From positions 802-64,801 of the forward strand of contig JAYZNI010000001.1 in the NCBI GenBank assembly GCA_036152255.1: DNA of 64,000 bases, in the 5' to 3' direction. The translations under genes were made by a program, and so were the position numbers. This document shows, one piece after another, positions 63,701 through 64,000 of this stretch. The stretch's first letter is position 1. Each line of letters starts with the position of its first letter. Below the pieces are notes generated by a model. That model was not told the origin of the DNA. It made no database searches and worked only from the letters and a program-made list of their open reading frames with translations. Source of the stretch: Bacteroidota bacterium. Lineage in GTDB: Bacteria; Bacteroidota; Bacteroidia; Flavobacteriales_D; Sanyastnellaceae.

Positions 63701-64000
63701 GTTTTTAGAAATATACTTCACAAGGGATTAGCAAGCGTTGAAAACGGAGAGTTCAGCTTTCAATTCGTTGTGCCAAGGGATATAGATTACACATATGGAA
63801 ATGGAAGAATTAGCTGCTACGCCTTAAGTGGTGAAATAGATGCACACGGAGCAAGTGAGGACTTTATTATCGGGGGTACATCTAATAATGTCATTCCAGA
63901 CGACGAAGGTCCAGAGGTTCAACTTTACATGAACGACAGCTTGTTTGTCAGTGGTGGAGTGACTTCTGATGATCCTTGGCTTTTTGCTAGAGTGTTTGAT
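60716..64000 (+). CDS. porU: Type IX secretion C-terminal signal peptidase/sortase PorU (C25 peptidase family), 3'-truncated by the window end
   Basis: Not in the ORF track (no stop inside the window). Manual translation: MSADIKNKRIYTLNRVFMNFVIVFCALYLVENHLFA|QQGSEVVEASW.... Later DLVILTSLALDSAANRLATLHANEGMTVAIV, LLLLGDGSYFNR, YVTDDYFGLLD, GVGRIPA, IDYIGHGGARGW (catalytic His region), VFMTATCELSRYDD (catalytic Cys region). The frame stays open to base 64000. An alternative ATG is at 60767. Confidence 0.85.
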   Translation, partial: MSADIKNKRIYTLNRVFMNFVIVFCALYLVENHLFAQQGSEVVEASWILEQTNEISDQISPTVIAEFPIERHWSGVEILDQNFNWTTFNPALSDYISEDFQIQRPEWRVVRSSNTGEYYAQAKFPAFRINGSEMQRLASWSGVIAESPSAHQRIERDWPEHSALSEGVWVKFRTSKEGIHRIEYSDLTESGISPEDYNFSGIHVYGGGGQQLPFLNDVERPLDLPLLPVKTSGELDGVFNQGDVIYFHASGVNSWTLNESNGWWNHSLNPWSDYAYYFVRLDGEPNLEGSRIVDAVPIQDPVDETFDKHLARRFHEIETTNLAKSGREFYNEHFTYLGSQIFNMYFNIPNLVGDTGYVESRIAGRTIGATSDYTMTCGGESYTTSDLALTENSLLLAQKRTLPLTLPLDGDGIGVELSYIPGNEEAEGWVDYVRVQAYQELKFNGSQFHINGTHDLDEIDVVAYNLEDAESVDAVWDVTEHLNPRICDIEYQSGDISWDALADTTRRFVAFKYSSAFEVESMGNVNNSDIHSLKDIDLVILTSLALDSAANRLATLHANEGMTVAIVNQREVWNSFSSGSPDPTALKMLMLMLMDKAESPDEEPQHLLLLGDGSYFNRNLDPDGINLLTFQSSNSESTVSSYVTDDYFGLLDDGDGEAPGDKLAIGVGRIPAPNLEDALAMVSKIETYLGAPVDSSDVSNCLGEEASSTFGAWRNKILFVTDDQDGNNSDGWRHMSDSEVHSNHVSQEHNEYDVIKIYPDAYVQESTPGGERYDEAEAEIQRKIEEGVLIVDYIGHGGARGWAHERILNTTTIREWTNKNRLPVFMTATCELSRYDDPEEESAGEMLIFNPDGGAVGMLTTTRTVFSGGNQELNTAFFQTVLDEDAGTGQMRCLGDICKDTKNSDEVTSTVNMRNFSLLGDPAMVLAYPSEKIFITEIPDTIKSLDLVTISGYIGNSEGDTLSDFNGLIYPKVFDKRSQLSTLDNDEIAGAFSYSVFRNILHKGLASVENGEFSFQFVVPRDIDYTYGNGRISCYALSGEIDAHGASEDFIIGGTSNNVIPDDEGPEVQLYMNDSLFVSGGVTSDDPWLFARVFD

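Noticed and set aside
1-64000. CRISPR arrays, IS elements, prophage or toxin-antitoxin pairs
   Set aside because: No regularly spaced direct repeats were noticed, no transposase/integrase/phage-like ORFs, and no small two-gene cassettes with TA-like features. The only coding repeats are the internal modules of the 1340-aa gene.

Overview
This is a densely packed, mostly core-genome segment from a Bacteroidota genome, Flavobacteriia-like by gene content and synteny. About 56 protein genes and 2 tRNAs can be supported. I saw no transposase, integrase, CRISPR array or recognisable defence module.

Content falls into three groups:
- Housekeeping: pheT, pheS, cysS, tyrS, queA, mutS, tig-clpP-clpX, efp, rnhB, murF, ssb, HU, RNase G, coaX, tsaE.
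- Envelope and gliding/T9SS genes scattered through the window: gldD, gldE, gldJ, a PorP/SprF-family gene, porU (runs off the 3' end), a PorX-type REC-PglZ regulator, a type II glutaminyl cyclase, one T9SS-CTD cargo gene, and a truncated TonB-dependent receptor at the 5' end.
- A small Wzz / O-antigen-ligase-like / GT4 module.

Three coding features are absent from the supplied ORF track: the truncated TonB receptor (1..1251), porU (60716..64000) and a 30-aa bS22-like basic peptide (31961..32053).

I could not identify a convincing new multi-gene system. The most unusual object is a 1340-aa secreted mosaic protein at 49568..53590. It has three lamin-tail domains, two ExeM/NucH-type OB-like modules, an embedded type-1-copper cupredoxin, nine Cys-bounded 20-aa modules and a dockerin-like C-terminus, with no visible nuclease domain.

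Secondary observations:
- a divergent PiT/PHO4-like permease with a ~140-aa soluble insert and an upstream 27-aa hydrophobic ORF;
- a PlsC-like acyltransferase with no His in the catalytic box;
- a perfectly palindromic pair of Bacteroidetes -7 promoter boxes between pheT and tRNA-Pro;
- two candidate leaderless transcripts.

All functional calls come from reading motifs by eye. No database search was run.
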